Source: Eledone cirrhosa
Lineage: Eukaryota
Assembly (NCBI GenBank): GCA_964016885.1
Contig: OZ024743.1
Location: 327,360,001-327,424,000, forward strand
Direction of reading: 5' to 3'
DNA: 64,000 nucleotides
Shown: positions 35,577 through 54,639 of the stretch, piece after piece
Numbering within the stretch: position 1 is the stretch's first letter
How the letters are laid out: every line of letters begins with the position of its first letter
The notes under the pieces: generated by a model
Told to the model about the DNA's origin: nothing
What the model saw: only the letters and a program-made list of their open reading frames with translations
Database searches by the model: none
Translations under genes and position numbers: made by a program

Positions 35577-36261
35577 GATCAGGGGGGCGTGTGGGTATGG
35601 TGTGGTGTGCGGTGGCCGGAGGCGGGGGAGTGCTCGACCGGAAGGGTCTTTTGGCCGGAAGGATGCTCGACCGGAAGGGCCAGCAGAGGGCCTCTCTCTA
35701 GTGGTGACCAGCAAACGGTGTGGACGCGAGTTTTGGGCAGCTCCCGGTGTTAAGCAGTTGGACGCACGTGGAAGAGGAGTACCTGCAGTGGAATTTAGCG
35801 GCGCCTGTGAAAAACGGTAAGTGAGATAGCTTTTTCTAACCACAATATATATATATAATATATATATATATAATATATATAATATATATATATAATATAT
35901 ATAATATATATAATATATATATAATATATATATAATATATATAATATATATATAATATATATAATATATATATAATATATATAATATATATATAATATAT
36001 ATAATATATATATAATATATATAATTGTTTCTACTTTAGGCACAAGGCCAGCAATTACCCAGTGCATTACTGGTACTTTATTTTATCTACCCCGTAATAT
36101 ATATATATATATAATATATATAATATATATATATATAATATATATATATATATAATATTTATTAAAATAACAGATTGCTCTACGGTTCTTATATATTTGA
36201 TATATATTTATCCTTATCGAGCCCTCTTTGGATTTTAGTCTTCAAATTTATTATTATTACT

Positions 36262-36299
<38 letters not shown>

Positions 36300-36352
36300 A
36301 TATATATATATATATATAATATATATATATATATATAATATATATATATATA

Positions 36353-36499
36353 GAAGAGGAAGACGAAGGTTAACGTCTGTTGATGCCCTAAGGACAGACA
36401 CTGGTCTGTTGGAGACGCAGGACATGGCAGCGATAATGAGGGACAGAGACCGCTGGAGAGAACTCGTCCATGGATCTCGGGAATTTTACCCGCCTTAGA
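36353..36499 (+). mobile_element. 3' fragment of second RTE family (copy of 58482-58630)
   Basis: Near-identical sequence ending GAATTTTACCCGCCTTAGAT. Confidence 0.85.
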
Positions 36500-36659
36500 T
36501 GTATATATATATATATATATATAATATATATATAATATAATATATATATATATAATATATATATATATAATATATATATATATATTTTAATATATATATA
36601 TATATATAATATATATATAATATATATATATATATAATATATATATAATATATATATAT

Positions 36660-36690
<31 letters not shown>

Positions 36691-36727
36691 ATATATATAT
36701 AATACATATATATATATAATATATATG

Positions 36728-37307
36728 AATTGAGAGAGAGACTGAGCATAAGAGGAATCAAATGCTGCGTGCAGGAGAGGCGGTTACGCTGGTATGGACA
36801 TGTGATGCGTATGAAGGATGACAGCTGCATAAAAAGGTGCAGAGCACTAGAAGTTGATGGAAACCGCGGAGTGGGGAGACCCAAGATGACTTGGGATGAG
36901 GTGATAAAAGCCGACCTTACCCAACTACACCTCTCAAAGTCAATGACACACGACCGTGACTTCTGGCGTCACGCAGTAATACAGGGTACCCGACCTCCCA
37001 TGGGTACATGCTGAAGCATATAAACAATATGCCCCCCCCCCCCACCGCAAGGTGGTCGTGGAGGTGCCACGGCAAAAAAGCACCCAGCCCACACTGTAAA
37101 GTGGACGTGTAGGCGCCACGAAAAAGCACCCAGCACTCACTGTAAATGAGGTTGGTGTTAGGAAGGGCATCCAGCTGTAGAAATCAAGCCAGATCAGTTC
37201 CTGTATGAGCAAGGCATGGTCAGCCGACCAGACACTGCCCACAACAGGACAACCCATGCTAGCGTGGAAGAACGGACGTAAAACGGTGATGATGATGATG
37301 ATGATGA
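36728..37307 (+). mobile_element. RTE LINE 3' fragment with (GAT)n tail
   Basis: LRERLSIRGIKCCVQERRLRWYGHVMRM...GRPKMTW followed by a 3' UTR. Confidence 0.88.
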
Positions 37308-37346
37308 TATATATATATATATATATATAATATATATAATATATAT

Positions 37347-37377
<31 letters not shown>

Positions 37378-37421
37378 ATATATATATATAATATATATAT
37401 ATAATATATATATATATATAT

Positions 37422-37469
<48 letters not shown>

Positions 37470-37538
37470 ATATATATATAATATATATATAATATATATA
37501 TATATAATATATATATAATATATATATATATAATATAT

Positions 37539-37569
<31 letters not shown>

Positions 37570-37629
37570 ATATATATATATATATAATATATATATAATA
37601 TATATATAATATATATATAATATATATAT

Positions 37630-37678
<49 letters not shown>

Positions 37679-37768
37679 GTAGGAGGTGAGTTTTATTGTA
37701 GTACAATAAAGCAAGCAATGCAGATATCGGATAAGAAGCACTCTACAGTTTGTGGGACTGGAGTATGC

Positions 37769-39861
37769 ATAATATAAGATCAAAAGATGGTTAAAGGAGT
37801 TCCATATATTTTATTATGCGCATTTCAAAAACAAACATCATCAAGCAATAATATTTGTGTTTTCATCAGATAAAACAGGAGAACATGATATGAAGGCTAA
37901 AAAACACTTGTTGATAGTGCAGTTTTAAATCAACATATGAAAAGTCGTTTTAGATTGATGTGTGATATTGGGAAAAATATTTTATTTAGAGAGGGGGGGG
38001 GAAGGAGATGAGAGGGAGAGATGGGTGATAGAGAGAAAGAGATAGTTTTTATAACTGAGAGGAGATATATTTTTTACATAGAGGGGTTGAAAACCGTTGG
38101 AAGATACTGTATAAATTAAAAATTTTGAAAATTAACGAAGGGAGGATATGTGCGGGGAAAAAATATTTTATTTAGGGAGGGGTGGGGGGTGGAAAGGATG
38201 AAAAAAAGGGGGGGAGGAGATGAGAGTGAAGGTGGAGAGGGAGAGATGGGTGATAGAGAGAAAGAGATAGTTTTTATAACTGAGAAAAAGATATATTGTT
38301 TTAATATAGAGAGGTTGGGAACCGTTGGAAGATAATGTATAAATTAAAGGAATTTGAAAATTAACGAAGGGAAATTATGTATGAAGACCATTGCCTCGAT
38401 AAAAACTTAATTTATGAATGTAAAATTATAACTAGCACCAATTCCTTCACCTATTTTGGCTCCACTTCCACCTCTTTTAAAGCTCGTCTCTATAATCATC
38501 ATTCATCTTTCAAATACAAACTTAAAAGAACTAACACTGCTCTCTCAGAACTCATATGGTCCTTAAAAGACAAAAACATTAATTATAACATCTTTTGGAA
38601 AAAGATTTCTTCTGCATCCTCATACTTGAACAGCTCTCTATCTAAAATCTGTAATCTCTGCCTAAATGAAAAAATTCACCATTATCTCTAACCTAGATTC
38701 TATAATAAACAGACGCTCAGATTTGTTTTCTATCTGCCTGCATATATTCCATAGAACTTTTCACAAAGTATACAGTTAATATTCAATTCTTTATCAATTT
38801 AGAATCTTTTCTCAAAGGCACATATACATACACCTCTTTAAAATATACCCATCTACCTTACCTTACTTTAAAGGGCATTATACACTCTATAATACTCGTT
38901 TACTCATTACCCTCATTCTATCTTCTCGTAAAATAATAACATTTGTTTTTGACTTTTTGAATATTCATCCGCAATCATTATTATTTTTTCTCTCTATCAT
39001 AAATCTTTTTAATCTCAATTTCATCCTTAATTTATTATTATTTTTTTCTCCCCATCAACGAACTCATTATTAATACATATCAATTCAATATACAAACTTT
39101 AACTTCACATTATTTTTCTCAAAATCTTTCTACACACAAACCATAACAACTTTTCTCTTCGCTAATTTTGAAATTGCCACAATACATACATTTCTTCTTT
39201 TGACGTTAGAATATTCACCCACAATTATTATTTTTTTCTCTCTATCTTCATACATAATTTCCCTTCGTTAATTTTCAAATTCCTTTAATTTATACATTAT
39301 CTTCCAACGGTTCCCAACCTCTCTATATTAAAACAATATATCTTTTTCTCAGTTATAAAAACTATCTCTTTCTCTCTATCACCCATATCTCCCTCTCCAC
39401 CTTCACTCTCATCTCCTCCCCCCTTTTTTTTCACCCCCCCCCCCTCCCTAAATAAAATATTTTTTCCCCGCACATATCCTCCCTTCGTTAATTTTCAAAA
39501 TTTTAATTTATACAGTATCTTCCAACGGTTTTCAACCCCTCTATGTAAAAAATATATCTCCTCTCAGTTATAAAAACTATCTCTTTCTCTCTATCACCCA
39601 TCTCTCCCTCTCATCTCCTTCCCTTTTCATCCTCCCCCCCCCCCCTCTCTAAATAAAATATTTTTCCCAATATCACACATCAATCTAAAACGACTTTTCA
39701 TATGTTGATTTAAAACTGCACTATCAACAAGTGTTTTTTAGCCTTCATATCATGTTCTCCTGTTTTATCTGATGAAAACACAAATATTATTGCTTGATGA
39801 TGTTTGTTTTTGAAATGCGCATAATAAAATATATGGAACTCCTTTAACCATCTTTTGATCT

Positions 39862-39870
<9 letters not shown>
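37769..39870 (+). mobile_element. Penelope-like element: GIY-YIG remnant flanked by ~620-bp inverted pLTRs, each with a hammerhead
   Basis: 37769-38386 is the reverse complement of 39245-39870. ORF 38377-38691 has LIYEC..YFGSTSTSFKARLYNH..T.LS..IW.LK..CNLCLNEK. Confidence 0.9.
39763..39829 (+). ncRNA. Type I hammerhead ribozyme (inverted copy at 37809-37875)
   Basis: UUUUAU-CUGAUGA-long stem II-GAAA-UGCGCA-UA/AUAAAA. Stem III is the palindrome AUGCGCAU. Confidence 0.75.
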
Positions 39871-39921
<51 letters not shown>

Positions 39922-40799
39922 TATAATATATATATATTTATTAAAATAACAGATTAAAGTTTAAGCAAAGAATCGCTGCTTCCACCCTTAACGGGATATT
40001 CTGAAACTAACAAAGTCAATCTGTAAACGCAGAAGTGGATATTTCAAAAAACGTTGCAACCGGAGGAAGACAGGAAGACGATACTTTGGTTCGTGGAAAC
40101 GTTCCCTGGCAAAGAACGGGAAAAACGAATATAATACGTCATTAATAGGAGCGGTGAAAAACAATTACGCGCAAAGACAGAACCACGTTTATGGTATAAA
40201 AGAAGTCGTAGACTAATGTTCTCTTAGGTGGTTCATAGAGACGTTCTCTGGCAATGAACGGAAAAACGAAGATAATACGTCATATGTGGAGCGTGGAGAA
40301 CAATTGCACGCAAAGACAAAACCACGTAAATTGTATAGCTGAAGTCGTAGACTAAAATTCTAACTAGGAAACCGAATGAATCTCCGCTTCAGAGTTAAGA
40401 ATAAAGTAAATAAAATACAATACAGAGGTAATAGAAATTAAATAAATACATACACGCATGCAAATACGTACATACACAAGCATACGCGAAAACACAAGCC
40501 ATATGTATACAAAACCACGCACATATAAATATGTGTGTGTGTGCGTGTATACAAATAAATAAATAATTAAATAAACGTATATAAATAAATAAATACGTAT
40601 ATAACAAGCGCACATAGCTACATGTAAATACACAAATGTTCGGAGACGCACGTCAACCAAAACATGAAGTACACATATACACACATCCTACATACGTACG
40701 AACCTGCATACTCACACAGACGCAAAACTCCCGTATACACATAACCAAACCATATGTACCAGAATATATAAAATTATACGCATTTCTAGCATTCATAAA

Positions 40800-42350
40800 A
40801 TTTCTAGCATTCTTTCATGCTAGAAAAACTTTACTCTTTACTAATGAAAATATTTGGGTTAAAAAGTCAAACCCTGAAAACTCTTTTGATGTTGCAATGG
40901 GTTCATATGACAGTGCGGATGTGTGTGACTTAGTAGGATTATTCCTTCTCCACACTCTCAAAGAGAAATTTCCTTCCCATAATATCGGTTTATACCATGA
41001 TGACGGATTGGCAGTTTCTCATACCACCAACGGCCATAACCTTGATAAATTCCGTAAAGATTTAACCAATACTTTTGCTAATCTTAACCTTAAAATCACT
41101 ATAGATACGAACCTTACTAATGCTAACTTTCTTGATATTAATCTTGATCTACTTACCGCCTCTTTTAAACCTTATCATAAACCTAATGAAAATCTTAGGT
41201 ATATGCACAAAGAGACTTGCCATCCCCCTATAGTTTTTAATAATCTTATTCCCAACATTAACCGTAGGATTTCTACCTTATCTTCGTCTATAGACATTTT
41301 TAATAAAGCCGCCCCTTATTATAATAAAGCCCTTAAGAACAGCGGTTTTACAGAACAAATTTATTATTTACCTACCCCCCCCCCCCTAAAACAAACCACA
41401 ATAACAGGAAAAGGAAAATGATTTGGTTTACACCCCCCTTCTCTCTAACTGTCAAAACTAATGTAGGAAGGAAATTCCTTGAACTCTTAGATAAACATTT
41501 TCCTCCTAATCATAGATATTATAAGATATTTAATAGGAATGTAGTTAAGATCAGTTACTCTTGTTGCCCATCTATGAAGTCCAAGATCACTAATTCAAAT
41601 CATACGAGAACAAATCCAGGATGCAGTTGCAGGAAGCCGGATGAATGCCCATTGCAGGGCAAATATAACACTAAATCTGTTGTTTATGAGGCTAAAATAA
41701 CACCTTTAATCAACAACCAGCCAGCCAGGAGTGAGCGATATGTCGGCATGACCCAGGACAGGTTTAAAACCAGGTTTTACTCACATGTCGCTTCTTTTAA
41801 GCACTCCGATAAACGAACAACAACGGCCCTCGCAAGTAAGGTGTGGGAATTCAAGGATAAAAACATCCCGTACTCTATCGATTGGTCTATTTTAGACCAT
41901 TCGAGGGAGTACCAAAGGGGCACAAAGAATTGTTCTTTGTGTACCACAGAAAAATATAGGATTTTGCTAAACTTGAAAGCCACTTCTGCTTGCCTGAACT
42001 CAAAGACCGAGATCTTCAGATGTTGTCCTCATCTGAAATCACATCTGATCTGTAAACTGGATTGACATTCCTATGATAACTCAACCGCCTTGAACTCCTT
42101 CTCTGCTCTACTACGGTTTTTTTACCTGCTGAATCCACGTTCTATACTCTTGTGTCCTCTTTCTCCCTTATCTCCCCTTATATTTAAACCTTTTCCTATG
42201 TCATTTTCCCCCCTATTTTTTTGCCTTACCCTTCACATACCAAATTTTTTTTTATTTTTAGATATTAATTTTTTATATAATGGTTTTGTGTGTTTTTATA
42301 TAATAGCCTCAGAAAAGGCTTGAGCTCTGCCGTAGGGGCAGGCTTCTTCC
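40800..42350 (+). mobile_element. Penelope-like element (probably Naiad-type), 5'-truncated RT + GIY-YIG, one frameshift at a C-run (~41375-41387)
   Basis: FDVAMGSYDSADVCDLVG, GLYHDDGL, NFLD, PYHKPN, HPP, IWFTPPFS, CSCR...CPL, YVGMT..FKTRFYSH, CSLCTTEK, CPH. Confidence 0.9.
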
Positions 42351-42352
42351 TA

Positions 42353-42430
<78 letters not shown>

Positions 42431-42707
42431 CGTTTTTGTATGTGTGTTTGTATTTCTGTGGTTGGGTTTTTTTGTGTGTATGTGTATGTATATATGTATA
42501 AGGGTGTATGTATGTGCATCTTTATATATAGTGATTTGATGATTATTTTCATTGATCTTTTGCTCCATGAACTTGTTGAGTGCTCTAGGTCTGTTATGGG
42601 CATTTATACCCTTTTCTAAATATATATATATTTTTATTTATTATTTGTCGTATTCCAATTTTTTTTATATATAAAATATTTATTTTATAATAAATATTTA
42701 TGTTCTT

Positions 42708-42753
<46 letters not shown>

Positions 42754-42868
42754 AGTTATATATGTATGTGTGTGTGTGTGTGTGTATGTGTGTGTACGTA
42801 TGCATACGTATGTGTATGTATATATGTGTGTGTAGGTATATATGTGTATGTTAGTAAGTATGTATGTG

Positions 42869-42906
<38 letters not shown>

Positions 42907-42916
<10 letters not shown>

Positions 42917-43425
42917 AAACAAAGAAGCCTTTAATTCATCAAAAATCTTTATTTGCTGACAATGTTTCGTCCCATTAATAAGGACTCATCAGAGCAAGGA
43001 AAAAGACAAGAAGTATTAATGGCCAGAACAAGCCAAAACTCAGAAGAACAGCTAATGGATATTTATGAAAATTTGGGAAAATTATCATGGAAAGACATGC
43101 TAAATCTAATAGGGTGCATTTGTAAATAAAGACTATAGGGCAAGAGAGCAGGCAAGACATTAAACAAACCCACGTTAGAAGTACAATATAAGTCTAATAC
43201 TAGAAATACAACATGGTAATACAATGTGAGAATTATAATATACAATACAATACAATAGATAATACAGAAATAAAACTTAGCTGTTCTTCTGAGTTTTGGC
43301 TTGTTCTGGCCATTAATACTTCTTGTCTTTTTCCTTGCTCTGATGAGTCCTTATTAATGGGACGAAACATTGTCAGCAAATAAAGATTTTTGATGAATTA
43401 AAGGCTTCTTTGTTTATTTTTTATA
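42907..43425. repeat. ~150-bp inverted repeat carrying hammerheads in both orientations (non-autonomous PLE pLTR)
   Basis: 42907-43055 is the reverse complement of 43278-43425. Confidence 0.9.
43335..43379 (+). ncRNA. Canonical-core type I minimal hammerhead (inverted copy at 42953-42997)
   Basis: UUGCU-CUGAUGA-GUCC..GGAC-GAAA-CAUUG-UC/AGCAA with GUC cleavage triplet. Confidence 0.85.
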
Positions 43426-43704
43426 TCATGTTTCGGCTCTGTTGGATAACATTGAGCTATATCTTATACTGTCATTTCTCTAATACGACGAGTGTGTTTA
43501 ATTCTAATGCACTCAAGTATTTTTATCTTATCTTATCTTATATATATATATATATGTATATTTTAGAGTTAAATAAGGTTCATATGAATTATCTAAGAAT
43601 GAGTTTTACACATATATATATATATATATGTGTGTGTTTGTATTTGGTTGTGCGTGTTTGTGATATGTACGTATTTGTATGTGTATAATTGTATGGCCTT
43701 GTAT

Positions 43705-43849
<145 letters not shown>

Positions 43850-43868
43850 ATATATATATATGTATATT

Positions 43869-43904
<36 letters not shown>

Positions 43905-43924
43905 ATAATTATTATATATATATA

Positions 43925-46186
43925 ATAATTCCAAAGGACAAAAAAGAAATAGAACTAGGAACATAATTTGGTTTGCCCCCCCCTTTCTCACTAAACATTA
44001 AAACCCACATCGCTAAATTATTTTTCAAAGCTCTTGATAATCGCTTCCCTAGAACACATAGGTATCACTCAATTTTCAATAGGCATACAATTAAATTAAC
44101 CTACTCATCCACCAAAAATTTAGCACAAAATATTAATAGAATAAATAATAGGAACTTAAAACCTACTGATAATAGCATAAATAATATACAAGTTAACAAA
44201 TGTAACTGTAGAGATAGATCTAAATGTCCGTTAAATAACAACTGCTTAGTTAAAAATATAGTATACAATTGTAATGTTAATACTGACTCTAATTCTTTTA
44301 ACTACGTCGGTTCCACATCGACGGAATTTAAACTTCGCTATAATAACCACAAGAATTCTTTCACAGATCCAAGTAAAAAATCTGCTATCAGGCGTACTCT
44401 GGCAACTTAAGCTAGATAACGTTAGATATTCGACGGCTTGGAATATAGTCTCAAGAGGGATTCCTTTTAATTCATCCTCTGAGACATGTGACCTCTGCGC
44501 AGAGGAGATATTCTTTATACTAAAATCTAAAAATTCCCTTAACCTACGGACAAATTTATTCAGTTGTTGCAAACATAGATTAAACTCAACGTTTAAATAT
44601 AAATTTAAATTTAAAATGTAGTATATTTAGTTTGATTTATATTTATATGGGAAACTAGCCGATAAATTTTTTGATTCCTAAATCTTTGATTCCCTCTTTT
44701 TACTCTTTTTTTATTGTTTATTTTTATTTTATTTTTATCTAAACATTCCTCATGAAAAATTAAGCTACCCTAAAAGCTGATGCTCCAAATTTTTTGAATT
44801 AACCTTACACTAGATAAACTTCTATATTAAATATAAGAACATATGTAGACCTAATTGGACATCATAATCTTTTTGAAATGATCTTTGCTAGATGTGATTT
44901 GATAGATAATTTTTGGCTTTGTCTTGTAATGAACTTGGCAATATATTGTCAATTAACTTTGAAGGGTTGTTCTTTGTGGTTTATTTTTATTTTTATTTAT
45001 TTTTATTTTTATTTTTATTTTATTTTTATTTTTATTTTTATTTTTTATTATTGTAGTATTCTATAATATTTTTTATTTTTATTTTTTATTTTATTTTTAA
45101 TATCTTTAATATGTAAATTTTTAATACGTAATATTTTTTAATACGTAGTATTTTTAATATGTAATATTTTTATTATATAATATTCTTTCGTAATATTTTT
45201 TTAGTTTTCTATTCTATATTTTTACTTATTATTATTATTGTTATCTTTTTATTTTTAGTTTTGTTTATAATATATATTTTTATTAGTATATTTAAATCTG
45301 CTCTCTATTTCTGCTTGATAGATAATCTTGTAGAGTAATGACAGGAATAATAATACGCTCAAATTTTTATACCACATTCAGAATGTTTTCCGTGAACTTA
45401 GAGTTTGCAGAGTGAATCAGTTGGATTCGCATGGATGTTTGTAGCTGTCACATAAACATATGAATTTTTTAAAACTAAACATAAGATAATTAATTTTCAC
45501 ACATTATGGATACTTGTCTCATTCAGGAATACTGATATTTACAATATAGTGTAAGTTTTATAAATACTAATACATTAAAACATAGGGTTTTTGCGCCTCG
45601 AATATGTCTGGCTATTTTTAAATTTTTTTCTCTCGCTATTTTTTCCTCTCTCTATATTTTTTTTCTCTATATATATCTCCCTTACATTAATACCTGAGCT
45701 AAATAAATAAATAAATAAATAAATGTATCATTGATACATTTACTCAAAATGACCTCCCACTACCTAATTTTCTATATATATATGTATCTATCTCTATTTC
45801 CTCTCTCTCTATATATATATGTCTCTTTCTGTTTCTTTACATGAAGTTCTTCGCTTTATCTATCTTTCCATCTCTCTATTTTGTTCCATGCATTTCTTCT
45901 TCTTTTTCTTCTTTTTCTTCTTTTTCTTCTTTTTCTTCCTTTTCTTCGTTTTGTCTTTCTTTCTTTTTTCTCTATTTCTTTCTCTCTGTATAACATTTTT
46001 TCACTGCCAGCGTAAACCTCTTCAAATGAAGTCGGTGTTATTACGGTATGTCGAATCTATTTATCTATAAAACTGTTTATATTGTATTTTGTCTGATGAA
46101 GGCATAGCATATTGTTAATATGATATCCCCGAAATATATATAATGAAATAAATATGGTTTTATAAATATAGTTTTCCATTTATTTA

Positions 46187-46190
<4 letters not shown>
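43925..46190 (+). mobile_element. Penelope-like element 3' part (GIY-YIG + long AT-rich pLTR with hammerhead motif at ~46090-46146)
   Basis: [41 protein letters not shown] small deletion at ~44383 relative to the copy at 54348. CTGATGA...CCGAAATATATA motif. Confidence 0.88.
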
Positions 46191-47998
<1,808 letters not shown>

Positions 47999-48069
47999 AT
48001 GTGTCTTTTTATTTTATTTTTCCTTTCCTTCTTCCTTCTCCAGCCTTACTTTCATATAGATTGTATTTT

Positions 48070-48127
48070 TTCATTCTGATGATTGAAAGTAAAACTTTTT
48101 GCTTTTAAGAAACCACTGGTAAATGGA
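48070..48127 (+). ncRNA. Type I hammerhead ribozyme motif
   Basis: CAUU-CUGAUGA-UUGAAAGUAAAA-CU-UUUUGCUUUUAA-GAAA-CCACUGG-UA/AAUG. Confidence 0.7.
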
Positions 48128-48330
48128 ATAATTGCCTTATGTTGTTTATTACATAACTATTAAGCTCTGTTACCTACATAGGGCACTCATTTTTCCTGGA
48201 CTTTTCCGACGGAATTACTTCATTTACACATATATATAATATATATATATAATATATATATATATAATATATATGTATATAATATATATATATATAATAT
48301 ATATATATATAATATATATATATATAATAT

Positions 48331-48397
<67 letters not shown>

Positions 48398-48399
<2 letters not shown>

Positions 48400-49115
48400 C
48401 GTTAACTATTTTTCCCATTTTGACGCTATAGTCACTTATATATGATGGAATGCTGTTCGCTTTTCGCTGCATTGTTTTCTATACCTTTCATTTATATATT
48501 TATACTCGGATTTTTTCCTCGAGTGCTTAAATTATTTGTGACTAATCCCGGTTTTTTTAAAATAAAAAACTGCGATAATATTGCTTTTTGCTGAACTCCT
48601 TATTGTAGAGTTTTTTCCGGAATGTTTTTGACTGCTGTTTCTTGTAAACAAACATTCGTCTCATTCTGACGTCACTAGCCATGTATTTCCTCATGTGCGT
48701 TTTTCATAATCACGCATGATGTTGAACTAGCCAGTTTTAAAATTCCCTTTTTGGCATATTAATCTGTGAGAGTCCTGGTTATCAAGTTGAGCTCTGCTGA
48801 TGATGAACTCCAACCGTGACCATCTCCACTGAAAGTTTTCATGAAATAGTTTTTAAGACTATACAGAGCATTTGAAGTTTTTCCAAATTGAAGGATAAAT
48901 ATTTTAGACTTTATTTTATCTATTGATTTTTCCCTGGATTTCACTAAATTCTGTGGATGAATTTATATCCTGATTCTCTTTCAGATGAGTTTGAAATATT
49001 TTCCCCACATCTTACGTTAACTATTTTTCCCATTTTGACGCTATAGTCACTTATATATTATGGAATGCTGTTCGCTTTTAGCTGCAGTGTTTTCTATACC
49101 TTTCATTTATATATA
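48398..49115 (-). mobile_element. ~615-bp unit with ~100-bp terminal direct repeat (partial tandem, probable PLE pLTR)
   Basis: 48398-48503 repeats at 49013-49115. Flanked by (TA)n. Confidence 0.55.
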
Positions 49116-49133
49116 TAATATATATATATATAT

Positions 49134-49164
<31 letters not shown>

Positions 49165-49189
49165 ATATATAATATATATATATATAATT

Positions 49190-49222
<33 letters not shown>

Positions 49223-49366
49223 ATATTATATATATATTATAATATATATATATATATATTATATATATATATATATAATATATATATATATATATAATAT
49301 ATATATAATATATATATATATATAATATATAATATAATGTATAATAAACAATACAATATAATTACC

Positions 49367-49432
49367 TCATTACCAGAGGTTTCCCGAATAAGACGAATAT
49401 GAAAGAAACGTCCTCATTCGTTCGTCGGACAA
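49367..49432 (-). ncRNA. Hammerhead-fold motif with CCGACGA core
   Basis: UUGU-CCGACGA-A-CGAAUGAGGACG..CGUCUUAUUCG-G-GAAA-CCUCUGG-UA/AUGA. Confidence 0.5.
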
Positions 49433-49844
49433 GGCAATATAAAACATAGTGAAATATTTGGAAAGTCTCATCAAGAAATGCAAAAAAAATATATATATAT
49501 ATAAATAAAGGTAATGCAATAGACATATAAAATATATAAAAAAATATAAGGAAATATAGTTAGGTGTGTGTATATGTATGTATATACACTCACAAATGTA
49601 CATATGTATGTATGTACAAATGCGTGTGTATGGTGAAAATGTGTGCGTAAGTACATATATGAGGGCAAGTATATTTGTGTATATGTAACCATAAATATGG
49701 ATATAATCTAGTTGACACGAATCCAGAAGCAGGTATTAGATACACATATGCGTATGAAAGAACGCGTATAAACACAGACACACGCGCGATCACTTATATC
49801 CGGAAGATAAAGGGGGAATGGAGTGTAATAGTTAAAAGAAAGTA

Positions 49845-53249
<3,405 letters not shown>

Positions 53250-53257
<8 letters not shown>

Positions 53258-54439
53258 ATAAAATGGAAAACTATATTTATAAAACCATATTTATTTCATT
53301 TATATATTTCGGGGATATCATATTAACAATATGCTATGCCTTCATCAGACAAAATACAATATAAACAGTTTTATAGATAAATATATTCGACATACCGTAA
53401 TAAACATCAACTTCATTTGAAGAGGTTTACGCTAGCAGTGAAAATACAGAGAGAAAGAAAGAGAGAAAGAAAAGAGGGAAAAACGAAAGAAAGAAAGACA
53501 AAACGAAGAAAAGGAAGAAAAGAAGAAAAAGAAAAAGAAGAAATGCATGGAACAAAATAGAGAGATGGAAAAATAGATAAAGCGAAGAGCTTCATGTAAT
53601 GAGACAGAAAGATATATATATATATAGAGAGAGAGGAAATAGAGATAGATACATATATATATATAGAAAATTAGGTAGTGGGAGGTCATTTTGAGTAAGT
53701 GTATCAATGATACATTTATTTATTTATTTATTTATTTATTTATTATTTAGCTCAAGTATTAATGTAAGGGAGATATATAGAGAGATATAGAGAGAGAAAA
53801 AAATTAAAAATAGCCAGACATATTCGAGGCGTAGAAAACCCTATGTTTTAATGTATTAGTATTTATAAAACTTACACTATATTGTAAATATCAGTATTCC
53901 TGAATGAAACAAGTATTCACAATGTGTGAAAATAATTTGGTTTGCCCCCCCTTTCTCACTAAACATTAAAACCCACATCGCTAAATTATTTTTCAAAGCT
54001 CTTGATAATCGCTTCCCTAGAACACATAGGTATCACTCAATCTTCAATAGGCATACAATTAAATTAACCTACTCATCCACCAAAAATTTAGCACAAAATA
54101 TTAATAGAATAAATAATAGGACTTAAAACCTACTGATAATAGCATAAATAATATACAAGTTAACAAATGTAACTGTAGAGATAGATCTAAATGTCCGTTA
54201 AATAACAACTGCTTAGTTAAAAATATAGTATACAATTGTAATGTTAATACTGACTCTAATTCTTTTAACTACGTCGGTTCCACATCGACGGAATTTAAAC
54301 TTCGCTATAATAACCACAAGAATTCTTTCACAGATCCAAATAAAAAATCTTCAACGGCACTATCAGGGGTACTCTGGCAACTTAAGCTAGATAACGTTAG
54401 ATATTCGACGGCTTGGAATATAGTCTCAAGAGGGATTCC
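53250..54439 (+). mobile_element. Second copy of the 43925-46190 PLE with an inverted 5' pLTR, running into the assembly gap
   Basis: 53250-53925 is the reverse complement of ~45500-46190 (hammerhead at ~53295-53352). 53931-54439 is nearly identical to 43962-44464. Confidence 0.9.
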
Positions 54440-54639
54440 NNNNNNNNNNNNNNNNNNNNNNNNNNNNNNNNNNNNNNNNNNNNNNNNNNNNNNNNNNNNN
54501 NNNNNNNNNNNNNNNNNNNNNNNNNNNNNNNNNNNNNNNNNNNNNNNNNNNNNNNNNNNNNNNNNNNNNNNNNNNNNNNNNNNNNNNNNNNNNNNNNNNN
54601 NNNNNNNNNNNNNNNNNNNNNNNNNNNNNNNNNNNNNNN
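54440..54639. other. Assembly gap (200 N)
   Basis: Run of N. Confidence 1.

Larger units (their letters stand above)
31713..35844 (+). mobile_element. Young GC-rich LTR retrotransposon (Gypsy domain order, atypical RT/RNase H)
   Basis: 255-bp LTRs at 31713-31967 and 35590-35844, TG...CA, about 7 differences counted by eye. TSD ATATA within (TA)n. PPT AGGGGGG at 35581. Domain order gag-PR-RT-RH-IN. Confidence 0.95.

Noticed and set aside
32028-35843. Multiple antisense and overlapping ORFs in the GC-rich LTR element
   Set aside because: Expected by chance in GC-rich coding DNA; no recognisable motifs and no env-like ORF.
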